From NCBI GenBank assembly GCA_016748015.1, contig JAAOMT010000439.1:908888-972887 (forward strand): a stretch of 64,000 nt of DNA, read 5' to 3'. The position numbers were made by a program, and so were the translations under genes. Source of the stretch: Geosiphon pyriformis uo1 (lineage: Eukaryota > Fungi > Glomeromycota). Of the stretch, positions 23,516 through 35,700 are shown in pieces. The notes under the pieces are model-generated. The model was not told the DNA's origin and made no database searches. It worked only from the letters and a program-made list of their open reading frames with translations. Position 1 is the stretch's first letter. The number at the start of each line of letters is the position of its first letter.

Positions 23516-24145
23516 ATGGAAATTACAGACAATATTCACTTACTAGCACAACAACTCTTTCAATTGATCTAACACCAGGAAATGAAGATTACAATCAATC
23601 AACAAATCATTCAATATCAAGATATTAGAAAGACATTGCAACCCAGAACCCAGAAGAAAACTGAAAATATGGTGGACAAAATTATTGTGAAAGTAAAATT
23701 AGCAATAAGAGAGTCAACAAAAGAGTCACTGTATCAAGAGTTGACTAAAGAAACTTGGAATTAATGGATACAACAATTTTTACGAAACTATTGTTATTTT
23801 TACTTAGGACAACACATAAATATCCAGAATCTATATATAGATAAAACAAAGCGATTATTCGACAAAAAAATACTACAACAATTAGAACATTTTGTGGGAA
23901 AAAACAACTTATCTACACAGGCCCGAGCTATATACCAAATACACACAGCATTTCAGGATAGACCAGAAATATTACTCAACAAAGCAATGGATATGGTTAC
24001 CAGTAATTAATTGGAAAAGATCACCAATGCTCAATTTGAAGAATTACAGACCCAAATAACACAAGTAATTCTCGAAAATGAAATTCAGAAAATACTTCAA
24101 GAGAGGGAATTAAACGAGTTGGATTTTGATGGAGCTCAATATTAA
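23516..24145 (+). pseudogene. Extra ORF (209 codons) between integrase and 3' LTR, unknown function
   Basis: ATG at 23516 to TAA at 24143-24145 in a single frame with three internal TAA codons. Its C-terminal half is conserved in element B (47090-47510, minus). Confidence 0.75.
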
Positions 24146-24158
24146 AAGGAGAAAATAA
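24144..24158 (+). promoter_or_regulatory. Polypurine tract of element A
   Basis: AAAAGGAGAAAATAA lies immediately before the 3' LTR. Confidence 0.8.
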
Positions 24159-24981
24159 TATTACTCATAGAAATATAAGAAATATATTAGCATAATTATT
24201 AGCCAATCAGAAGTAGGCGTAGTAAATGTGGAATTCCAGAATTCCTCTTAGGAATTGCAGGATTCCAGGAATTTCAAGATTCCCCGACAAGGAATCGCAG
24301 GATTCCTGTCATGAAAAATCGAGGAATTGAGGAATCTCAATTATGTATATATAGCAGCAGGATTAAAAGCTGAAAAGACAGACCTCTTAGTTTTAGATTT
24401 AATCTAAGCAACTCTTCAAATTACAATCATCTAAATAAATAATTATTTGTTATCTCAAACCCATTTCCACTAACAACACTTCATGTTGATAGTAATTGAT
24501 ACTTAACCACACTGGAACAATAGCTCTTGATCACGGCTATTGATGAAATACTAACTTGCAAATTGTCTTGGCTTATTTCTTTTCTTTTTTTATTTTATTT
24601 TATTTTTTTTATTTTTTTGCTTTGATTTTATTGTTGTTTACTAACTCTATTGAGGATTAACGTGTGGGGCACTAATGTCAGGATAAACATGACTGGTAAA
24701 AGACCTAGAAATAAGGGTAGAACACTCAATTAAGGATAGCTTACCAGGAGGAATACCAGCCATCAAGCTGAGAAAAAAATTGACAAAACTGTGGTTTCAG
24801 GAAGCTACGAAAAAAACTATCACCATTGAATCTCTGTCCATTATACAAATAACTTAACCAAATCTTTTAGATACAAAACCTTCAGATACCAAATTTTCAG
24901 ATCATTGACAACAAGAATAGCTTTGAGTACCAAGTTACAGGTTTGTATTTAATTTAACACCAGAAATTATTACCTGTAACA
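24159..24981 (+). repeat. 3' LTR of element A (823 bp)
   Basis: TATTACTC (TG>TA)...TGTAACA; direct repeat of 14844-15720 with fewer GGAATTCC-type units. Confidence 0.95.
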
Positions 24982-26758
24982 CTGATCATATATAAAAAAA
25001 ACATGATTCACACTTAGTTTAGATTACTTATATGATGTATTGTACTAAACAGTATATGGATCTTACTTATAAATGAAAAAAAAAATAGTATTGTTAAAAA
25101 CTTTAAAGTTTTTTAAAATATTACTAAATTTAAAAAATTCACAAAATTAGTATTTTATTACTAAGAATTTATTAAAAAAATTTTTAAAATTGTCAAACTT
25201 TTTAACTATTTAACTAACAAAAATATTAAATATTAATAAATAACAAAACAACAAAAGATTTTTAACATATTTAAAAAAAATTAATAACAGTTTTAATTTT
25301 AGTTTATTATAACTTTAATAAAAAATTTTAACTGGCTATAAATATTTTATATATAGCTTTTAATATTATTTTATTTTAATTAGATAATAATAGCAATGAA
25401 AAAGTTATTGTTTATATCAGTAAATATTAAAACCAGCAAAATAAAATTATTTTATTATTAAATTGAAAACAATAGTCATAATTTAAGTTTTTTATAATTT
25501 CAATTTACATTTTAAGTTCAAAAAATTTAATACTATTACTAATAATTTTAAACTTAAATAATTACAAAACAAAAGTTTCAAATTAAATACCAAATAAATT
25601 TGTTGAAATAAATTTTTTATAAACTATTAATTTGTTGTATATTACAAATTAAAAAAATTACATATTAATTTTATTTTTTTTATTAAAGTTTAATGAGCAA
25701 GACTCAACCATTATCTAATACAATATGATCACACAAAGTCTTAAATTAAACATAGCTCATGCATTTTCTATATGTAACCAGCTACTTGAACCAGTTCAGA
25801 CTATACTACATTGATGCACTAAAAGAAAACTTACCCAAAGATAACATCTTTTGAACAACAAGAAACAAAGTTGCACTGCAAGAAACCAATCCAACCAGCT
25901 ATTTGGCTGTCTTCAAAACATTAGTCTTAACATTAATAGACTTATGTTCCCAAAAGAACATCAAATTAGAAAACACTTCATCATCCAAACCAATTGGGCA
26001 CTCTGAATTACCAAACATATCGATATTTTCTATACAACACTTCTTTTTTAAAAAAACTACTTCTATCTCCAACTTACCAACAATTTTACTAAAAAAACCC
26101 AAATGTACTATAACTTCATTAACCTTAAGACCAAGTTTACTGTTTGAGACCAAATTCCCATTAATAAATTGTTCAAACAATTTGACCAAGAAACCAACTG
26201 GTTTAACAATAGACTCAACCAAAACAGAAAGCTTGGCCAAATCAGATTTCACAGAAGCCAATCAAGAAGACATTAAGAGATTACCAACAACCATAGAAGA
26301 AAAAGCAGAAGCTGTCAGAGAAGGAAACTCAGAAAAATCCAAGAAAGCAGAAGCTTTTGCATAAGAAACACCATTCACAAAATGTGTTTTAAATACTTTG
26401 AGAGCCTTGGGAGGGAGAAGTGGAGAAACTTTGCAGTTTACAACCAAATGGCCTACTTTTTAACACTTAAAGCAGTGTCAACAACCAGAAGTTTTTCACC
26501 AAATATGGCATTTTCTTAGGGTACCAGTTTTGACAATTGCGAAGTCCAAATCAACTTAAGAACCAAACATAACTAGAGCAAACCAGGAATAATGACCAGA
26601 ATCAGGCAAATAAGAAATAAAACAAGTCTGGCCACCAATCTGGGAGATCATATCACTAATTTCAAAAGCAGTACAGCCTGAAAGAAGATTGACCAACTTG
26701 GCCTTAAACTGATCATGAAACAAAATTGTTTCATTCTGATTGGTAAAAAGAAGAATGT

Positions 26759-28452
26759 TGTTACCGGAGGTTTTTGGTCTCTTTTCTTAAATGTTGTTGA
26801 TGCTTGTTTGTTGTGAATTCACGTTTTTCTGGATGTGGTTGAACCTCCAGTAACTGAATTTATCTTCAAATTATCTCCTATAATTTGAACCGCTGGGCTT
26901 ATAAGTGGAATGGCCAATTCCGTGCCAGTTACTTTATGTAGTTACGTTGTAGTAAACGTCAACTCTTTCCCAGGAATTGCTCGTCTGGAAGCTCACTAAA
27001 AAATGTGTAGTTACTTTGCTGTGAAAGTCAACTCTTCTACAGGAATCTCGTCTGTAGGCTACCCAAATGATTATGATAAGAAAAGAAAGAGNNNNNNNNN
27101 NNNNNNNNNNNNNNNNNNNNNNNNNNNNNNNNNNNNNNNNNNNNNNNNNNNNNNNNNNNNNNNNNNNNNNNNNNNNNNNNNNNNNNNNNNNNNNNNNNNN
27201 NNNNNNNNNNNNNNNNNNNNNNNNNNNNNNNNNNNNNNNNNNNNNNNNNNNNNNNNNNNNNNNNNNNNNNNNNNNNNNNNNNNNNNNNNNNNNNNNNNNN
27301 NNNNNNNNNNNNNNNNNNNNNNNNNNNNNNNNNNNNNNNNNNNNNNNNNNNNNNNNNNNNNNNNNNNNNNNNNNNNNNNNNNNNNNNNNNNNNNNNNNNN
27401 NNNNNNNNNNNNNNNNNNNNNNNNNNNNNNNNNNNNNNNNNNNNNNNNNNNNNNNNNNNNNNNNNNNNNNNNNNNNNNNNNNNNNNNNNNNNNNNNNNNN
27501 NNNNNNNNNNNNNNNNNNNNNNNNNNNNNNNNNNNNNNNNNNNNNNNNNNNNNNNNNNNNNNNNNNNNNNNNNNNNNNNNNNNNNNNNNNNNNNNNNNNN
27601 NNNNNNNNNNNNNNNNNNNNNNNNNNNNNNNNNNNNNNNNNNNNNNNNNNNNNNNNNNNNNNNNNNNNNNNNNNNNNNNNNNNNNNNNNNNNNNNNNNNN
27701 NNNNNNNNNNNNNNNNNNNNNNNNNNNNNNNNNNNNNNNNNNNNNNNNNNNNNNNNNNNNNNNNNNNNNNNNNNNNNNNNNNNNNNNNNNNNNNNNNNNN
27801 NNNNNNNNNNNNNNNNNNNNNNNNNNNNNNNNNNNNNNNNNNNNNNNNNNNNNNNNNNNNNNNNNNNNNNNNNNNNNNNNNNNNNNNNNNNNNNNNNNNN
27901 NNNNNNNNNNNNNNNNNNNNNNNNNNNNNNNNNNNNNNNNNNNNNNNNNNNNNNNNNNNNNNNNNNNNNNNNNNNNNNNNNNNNNNNNNNNNNNNNNNNN
28001 NNNNNNNNNNNNNNNNNNNNNNNNNAAAGTGATTTGTTCTAATTAAGATACCTAAAGTAAGATACTATGGTAAGATATGAGAAGATACATTTTCTTGAAG
28101 AGAGAAGCTCTTCTTTTATACAACTTGTTGTAGTACTAGTCTTTGAACTTGCACTTTTTCTCTTTTCTAGAATTTCGGTGAACTAAAGATACATTTCGGC
28201 GAACTATGAATTATTTCGGCCAATTTCCATTAATTTCGGCGAATTTTTGCTATGTTATATGGTTCAGGGTATTGTGTAAATTGATCATCTCAATTTCTAT
28301 GGTCCAAATCGGGTTATTGATTAAATGATGATAATTGCTAATTTGATTAAATAATAAGTGAAATTCGAAACGATAATAATATATGCTAATTAATGATAGG
28401 AATTATAAAGGAAATTTCATGCTAATTAATAGCTAAAATTCTACTGGTAACA
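26759..28452 (-). mobile_element. Young LTR insertion (solo LTR or gap-collapsed LTR retrotransposon)
   Basis: Inverted termini TGTTACC...GGTAACA. TSD ATGT at 26755-26758 and 28453-28456. Removing it restores the host frame KNSVYILLFTNQNETI. CpGs are retained (repeated ATTTCGG motifs). Confidence 0.88.
27092..28025. other. Assembly gap
   Basis: Run of N. Confidence 1.
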
Positions 28453-31400
28453 ATGTACACACTATTTTTGCTTACCAAAATTGACCAGTGAGTAAGAGCA
28501 AAAGCAGCAGCATCCAATTCTTTAAAATAAACAACCACATATTGCCAAACACCAGCAGGCTTTAGCAAAACACAAGAAACTTCACCAAAAACTCCATGAG
28601 CTGACTTAATATCAGCAGTAGACACACCCAAAGGCACATCACATAGTGCAACAACAGCAGGAGAAGAACCAGACTCAAAAACCACCAAAAACTTGGCAAT
28701 CTTAAAAGTAACAAGACAAACAGAGTTTGTAAGCTCAACCAGAAATACAGCATTCAGAGAACTTTGGAAGGCAAACTCAATACAGAAGAGTTTTATATTG
28801 TCTTTAGAAATAGATTTTGCACTCAAAAAACCATGTATAGACTGAAAAGCAGCTTTAACATAAGCTAATTTGATTTTGAAAGTAGCATCAGGCATCAGAG
28901 TAGAGACCATTCATCCAACAAATCTTTAACAACTAGTAATAGTTTCCCAAATACCACCAGCGGCAACACCAGAAACCAGAGAAGATAATAATTCAGTTTC
29001 CATTTGATCAGCCCAGTTCTCAAGAACAGGTGATCCAACAGGAGGAGATTGCTTTGCTTCTAAAACCAGTGATGATCTGCTGGAAAACACCACATTTGGC
29101 AATACAACCAGTAGTTGATCTTGGCCCATCTTAGATAATATGCTAGATGATGCTACAAAGATCTCATCTAAGATCTCATTGGGAACCACAAAGAGATTTA
29201 GTGTAATAATAGCAGAGACAAGTAATTGTCCCCATTTTTTTGAACTTTTGGTCTTTTTGACTGTTTTTTTGAAGAGGAGGTGCTAGCAACACCAGATGTA
29301 AAAACCATAAAAGAGAAGACCAGCTTGTTAACTGATCTATTATTAAACACTTTTGAGCTCTTAGTAGAGAAGAAAACAACACTGAAACTAACCCAAGTAT
29401 GTTTCTTTGAGAGAACTTTGACTGGTAAGAAACCAGCCAAAAATAAGGAAGTTGTTTCAGTGACTACTAAAGGCAGCTTATCATGATTACTGAATAAAAA
29501 AAAGACTTCTAAAACGTTTTGCCTAGTTGCTTCTACAACAGAGAGAGCTCTTCTGGTTGAAATTTTATTAGATATCTCAGAACAGATATCAGGTGCAGCT
29601 TTTTTACTCTTTGCTCTAATTGTGATCATGAAATTAAAGAAACAAAGAGTTTTATTACTATTAATATTAATTGTTTCTTTAGAATAAAACAAAATTAAAA
29701 TTCTTAAAAATTAATTAACTTAATAATAAAAATTAGCAAAACAATAATAAAAAATAAATATTAAAATTACAACAATTTTAAAAAATATTTAAAGATACTT
29801 ATAATGCCAAAAATATGGTTTTTAAATAAAAAACATTGATTACAATATTAAACAAAACAATATTTTTTATATAATAATAATATTTATTATTAAAATTACA
29901 AAAATTCAGACAACTTATTTAAATAAATTTAAAAATACAAAAAAAACAATTTTATTTTTATTCTATTACTTATAAATAAATAGACTTGTAAAATATTTTA
30001 ACAGAATACTTTGTAAATTATTAATCAAAGTTTTAATTGATTTAAGCAAAAAAAAATATTTTTATTCTATTAATGTTATTAATATATAAAACACTAAAAC
30101 AGAATATAATAAAACACACATTTATTTAATTGATTTATAAAAAAACAGCAATATTAATTAATTTTATAATAAAAATCTATTTAGTTTAACCAATTATAAA
30201 AAAAAACTTCCAAAAAACATTTCAATAAAGAGCTTATACATTTTTTAGTATATTAAAAAAAAATAATGAATTGTAACTACTTAAATAAAATATTATTAAG
30301 TTTAATAAAAAAAATAACATAATAATAAATTATTATTTACTATTAATAAATTTAAGTTTAGAAATAAAATTTTCTTATATAAAATTAAGACTAAAAAACA
30401 ATAGAATAGAAAATTTAATTACAAATAAGATAAATTTTATATATACAAAATTTTAAAAAATATATTATATAAATTAAGACTTAATAATAAAAATTTAAAA
30501 AAAGTTATACATAATAAGAAATTAAAATACTAATATTTTAGAACCAATTCTGAATTTTTAATTTTACAAATTAATACACAATTTTTTTTGATTAACTAAA
30601 AAAATATTTTTTGAAACTTAAAACCAATAGTTATTATTAAACAACTTTTAAATTTAAATATTTAATATTTAAAATTATTTATATTTATTTTTTATATTTA
30701 ATAGAAACAATTTTACAAATATAAATTTAAAAAAACATAAAAAACATTACACAAAAATAATACAAAAATTTATATGCCAAAAATAATTTTTTTTAAAATT
30801 TTAGTTAATTTTTATAATAATTATTTTCTAAAACATTTAATAATTATCTCAAAAATTAATGTTAACTCTAAAAATACTTCTTATAGTATCTATAATTATT
30901 ATTAGAAAACATATTAATTATACTTAAACAGAATCTCTTACAACTTTTGTAATAAATATATAAAATTATTACTTTTATAAAAAAAACACAAAAATTACTT
31001 TGAAATTTATTTATTAGAACTTTTAAAGCAAGCTTTAAGAAAAAATTTATTGTTTGTTCTTATTAATATTTTACCAAATATTACAGTTTAACAAAAACTT
31101 CAACACTATTTTAATAAATAAAACAATGAATACTCTTTAATTTATAGATATTTCTATATTAAAAAAACATTTTATAAAAGAAAATTAGAACTTAAAACAA
31201 TAAACTTTACACTAAAAACTATTTAAAAATAAATACACAATAAATTTAAGACAATAACTAAACTAATAAATATTTATTACAAAATTAAAGTAACTTTTAA
31301 ATTCTATAATCTATTTTATACTTGTAAAAATATTTTATAAAAACCAATTTTACAATTTTTAAAGATTTAATATATTAAAAAGCTTACAAAACTAAAATTT

Positions 31401-32262
31401 TAACAATTTTTAGACTAAATTTTTTTAATAATTTTGGATTATTATCTGAAAATTACAGTCAATATTTGGATTTTAATAAAACTTAATCTTAAAAAAAAAG
31501 TTATGTTATCAGTAAAAATTTAAGTTATTAATTAACATAAAATTATTTTTATAATTTTTATTATTAATTAATATATATTATTATTTCAAATAATTAATTA
31601 TTATATTATTAAACTATTCAAATTATTATTTAATTAATAATTTGATTTGTACAAAACACAAATATAATTAAGTTGTAATAATTAAATTATACAATATTTT
31701 AAATTATATAATATTTAAAATTTACAAAATACTTAATAATTTACTAAAATAATTAATAGTTTGTAAAAATAACTTGTAATTTAACAAAATATATCTTTAG
31801 TTTATCAAAATATTAAAAAAAATGTTAAATTATAGAATAATACTATAACAAATTATATAAAAAAAAAGCTTTTTTTTTAAGAAAATATATTTTAATTAGA
31901 AATATTTTTATTAAAAGCAATAATTAGTTACTATATATTATTTTAGTAAAAATTATTTTAAAAAAATCCAAAAATTTTTAACTATTATTATTTCGAAATT
32001 ATTTATTTAAAACTAATATTTTGAAATAATTAATTACCAATTTCAATTACTATTAATACTTTTAAATTTGAATCTAAAATAATTTTTTTAAACATATTTT
32101 TTATTTTTTATTTTTTTTTATATTATTAAGTAATTTACAGTTAAGATTTTTTGTAAAAAAGTTAATTTTTATAACAAAATAATTACATATTATTTGAAAA
32201 ACTTATAGATAAAATTTTTTTGTAAAAGAATTGATTTTTATTACAAAGTAACTATACAAAAT

Positions 32263-32309
32263 TTTTTTTATTTTTTATTTTATTTTAATAAGTGAGGTCC
32301 AAACACTAC
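32263..32309 (-). mobile_element. Ultra-short 5'-truncated LINE-family insertion
   Basis: T-tract plus TTTAATAAGTGAGGTCCAAACACTAC, resembling the LINE 3' terminus TTTAACGAGCAAAGCCCAATCACTA. Flanked by the direct repeat CTATACAAAAT (32252-32262, 32310-32320). Confidence 0.65.
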
Positions 32310-32701
32310 CTATACAAAATAATTAGTATAAAACTGGTTATTCTATTATAAATTTAATAATATATATAATCTAAAGTATAAAAAGATACTTTAAAAAATA
32401 AACTAATTTATTAGAAGTTTATTAGTTTTTATTAACAACAAAATTAAGAGCAAAATAACATTAATAACATAAAAATAAATAAATCTTTAATAATAATATT
32501 TATATAAATATATAATATAATTTTAATTATCTTAAATAACTTATTACATATAAAATATATAAATTATATTTTTTATTAAAGGATTTAACGAGCAAAGCCC
32601 AATCACTATTTAGTACATAGAGCCAAACTAAGAGGCTCAAACTAAATATGATTCATGCACTTACTACATATGGCTAGCCACTCAGGCCAGTCAAGGCAAC
32701 A

Positions 32702-35700
32702 CTATACATCTATAATAATCTGTACACTACTTTTCAGACCAGAAAAAAAACTACATGGCTTTTGACAACCAAAGCTAACAGCAAAAAACTCAGCCACATC
32801 AAGCAACCTAACAACATCATCAGAAACAAAGAAGACACATCATAAGAAAGCCCAGAAACAACACCACTATCCCGAACCAAACCAGCCTTCTCTATTACCA
32901 CCTGATGGCTAGATCTCACCAACCACATCCTAGCATGATACAACTCAACAATAAATCTTACAAGATTAACAATTTGAGCAATAACTAATTTTTGGTCATC
33001 AACAACACAACAAGCTTCCCTAAGCCACTTATTCAGCACAAACCCTTTGTATACCAAAGCATACAACCCAACATCAATGAAACATTGAGATAGTATTTGT
33101 AATACAGCAGACAAAGAACAATTAAAAACACCAGCCACAGCAGACCAACAAACAGAAGTTTCAGCCAAGATCTCATTGTGAATATTAGACTCACAAACAC
33201 AAGTAAAAGCATGATCAAAGAACTCTACACCACCACACAACAGATACAGCACACCAGAGTAATATCTATTATACAGCCTCTTCCTAACTGTTACCAGTAA
33301 TCTCCTGTGCACAGCTTTCATCATATAAGAACAGAGTGTCAAAAACTTGCAACTAGTGAAACCAGTGAACATATAAGAATCAGAATGCCACACTCTTGCA
33401 GTAGCAATCCAGTCTACACAACCAACCATCACATCTGGAACCACATTGCAGCCAGGGCCAGCTTCTTAACAAGTACAACAAACAGACCAAAAAATATTTC
33501 AGACAAAATAATGAACATTACCAAAAACAGCAGTACTCTTAGCAACCAAAAAGTGTTTATGCATATTGGCCAATAGTAAGAAGGGAGACCCAGAGACAGT
33601 CCCAGCAGCCAAGTCAGCTCTCACATTACCAGGAATCCCAGAATAGCTCTTTACCTTAGCCCAACTTACATTAAGATCCTTATCCCTGACCAAATTAAAA
33701 ATATGACATCTTTCAAGCCAGCATTGATTATAGAAATCAGGGGTGACAAGAGACATCTTAGATACACATGTGTCAATAGCAGTCTGACTGTCAAGATACA
33801 ACACTACAGTACTAGAAGAAGGGACACACTCCAAAGACAAAGCAACAGCCTGTAATTTGGCCATAATAGAAAACAAAAGGCCCCAAACCACAACACCAAT
33901 GCTCAGATCCAAGCCCAGAAAGTATGCAGCAGCACCACCCACAACCTTAGCAGAGCCAGCATTCTTCAAAGACCCATCTGTATAAACCTCAAAAAAGTCT
34001 AACCAAACATTATGCAATCCATCTTTTATAGTAGAAAACTTACTAAACCCTAATACATCCAATCTATGTAGTTCAAAAGAACCAGGAGTGCCAGATGATG
34101 AGAACCCCTTACCCAGAAAAAACTTAGATGCAACCATAAACCAATGAGGTACAGAACCACACAGATCCAATCTCTTCCAATAGCAAAAAGTCTTCCAATC
34201 CAACAAGCCATCTTTCTTATCAAAAAGCCAATTACCAAAGGCAACACCAAAACATTTGAGAGATTTAACCAAATCAAAATACAGAGACTTTCTAAGAATA
34301 GAAAACAAAAAAAAATGGCCAGAACTATGAAAAACAGTGGGGAGATTGTTTGTCAAAGACAGCTTATTGTCCAAAAAGATCTTAACCAATCCAGCCAGAA
34401 AATTGTTCACTGGACTAACACATAACCTGACAGAAAACTGTAAAGAGTCCAGAGAAGCCCAACCCAGAACTTGCAAATCTAAAAATCTATGACTAAACAA
34501 ATGCTTAAGAATACTAGGGGCATTAGAGAACATTATCAGAGCAGCCACCTTTCTTTCAGACTGCACCTGCTCAAAGGGTTTTAGGCCATACAATGAGAGA
34601 TGATGCAAAGCAACATCAGGAAAGTTATGGAGAAGACAAGCTTTAGATCTAAGGCCCTTCCTAACCAATACATCTCACTTGCGACAAACACTAGAAGAGA
34701 CAAAGCTAAACTGAATATAATAGCTAACAATAGGCTGCAAGACAGCCAAAACCAAATACAAGAACTGCTTATTTGTAATAGCTTTTCTAAGCATGACATT
34801 AACAAAAAAACGAATATCAGCATGAGCTTTGATGACATTTGGTTTGGACAACCCCTCAGTAGACAAAAAGATACTCAAATAGTGATGCACCTCATTCTTC
34901 TTAGCAATTGAAATAGGCTGTTCACAAATACTCAATGAAGTAACTTTAATACCCTGATTAATGGGAATAGCCACAGTCTTTTCACTGTTGATAGAAATAT
35001 TATTGACCTCAAAAAACTCACTAGTAATGTTCAAAGCATACTGAATGGAGGCTTGACAATTCCCAATTCAGATTGTATTATTAACAAATGCACTAGCTGA
35101 AAAATACGAGGTCAGACTTCCACTACTCTTAATCTGTCCAGTCTTCAAAACAAACCTAGTATTAATTTGATACCCACACAATTGTTTATGCCTCTTGACT
35201 TCACACAAAAAAGGGTCATAAAAGATCCTTCACAGAAGAGGTGAAAAAATCTCACCCTGATCTAGTCCATCATGTACTCTATAACCACCAGACAAACCAA
35301 AATCAGTTATCATCCTGTTAACTCTGTCCTTGTGAATACCGCCAAAAAACCTAATGAATCTATCACACATCTTGATACACTGCAAGCTAGCCCTTAAATG
35401 ATGCCATCCCACTGAATTATAGACTTTCCGCATGTTCTATAAAACCAATCACACTTTCTTATTCTTTTCAAGAGCATTTTTGACCACTGACCCAACAGCA
35501 AACACCAGAGATTGTGTGGATGTACCCTTCAACACTGAAAAATTGTCATCTTGAAGCACATTAAACTTGCTACAAGCCACCAAAATATGATCAGACAGAA
35601 TCTTAGAAAGGATCTTCCTGGCAGTTTCAATTAAAACAATAAGCTGAGTGTTTGTAAGAACCCCATTCTAGTTATAAGGCTTAGGAATTATCAAAACTCA

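Larger units (their letters stand above)
14844..24981 (+). mobile_element. Ty3/Gypsy LTR retrotransposon A, structurally complete, dUTPase-bearing, inactivated
   Basis: Two LTRs, PBS, PPT, and domain order gag-PR-dUTPase-RT-RH-IN (Gypsy order). No matching TSD seen (CCAT left, CTGA right). Confidence 0.97.
25672..29690 (-). mobile_element. ORF1-only (HAL1-like) non-autonomous non-LTR retroelement
   Basis: A single degraded ORF from ATG 29629 to TAG 25806 with LINE-ORF1-like RRM-type segments and a CX2CX4HX4C knuckle. It is followed directly by the LINE-type 3' UTR (25682-25805) and poly(A). No EN/RT sequence outside the nested insertion. Confidence 0.82.
25020..32260 (+). mobile_element. Very decayed Gypsy relic (RT/RH remnant at 25.05-25.65 kb; integrase and 3' LTR remnant at 29.7-32.26 kb), interrupted by the HAL1-like element
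   Basis: LVFYY*EFIKK...KIVK (cf. LASYYRKFIKNFSKIAK); DNNSNEKVIVYIS; INRLVKYFNRILCKL (cf. TNGLVERFNRTLC) at about 29975; A-rich PPT followed by LTR start TGTTATCAG at 31504. Confidence 0.65.

Noticed and set aside
23516-24145. env gene
   Set aside because: No signal peptide, transmembrane helix or furin-type site is visible, and it is short for an envelope protein.
27003-28046. Long ORFs of 347 and 321 aa (and those at 42636-43110)
   Set aside because: They are artefacts of translating through N runs.
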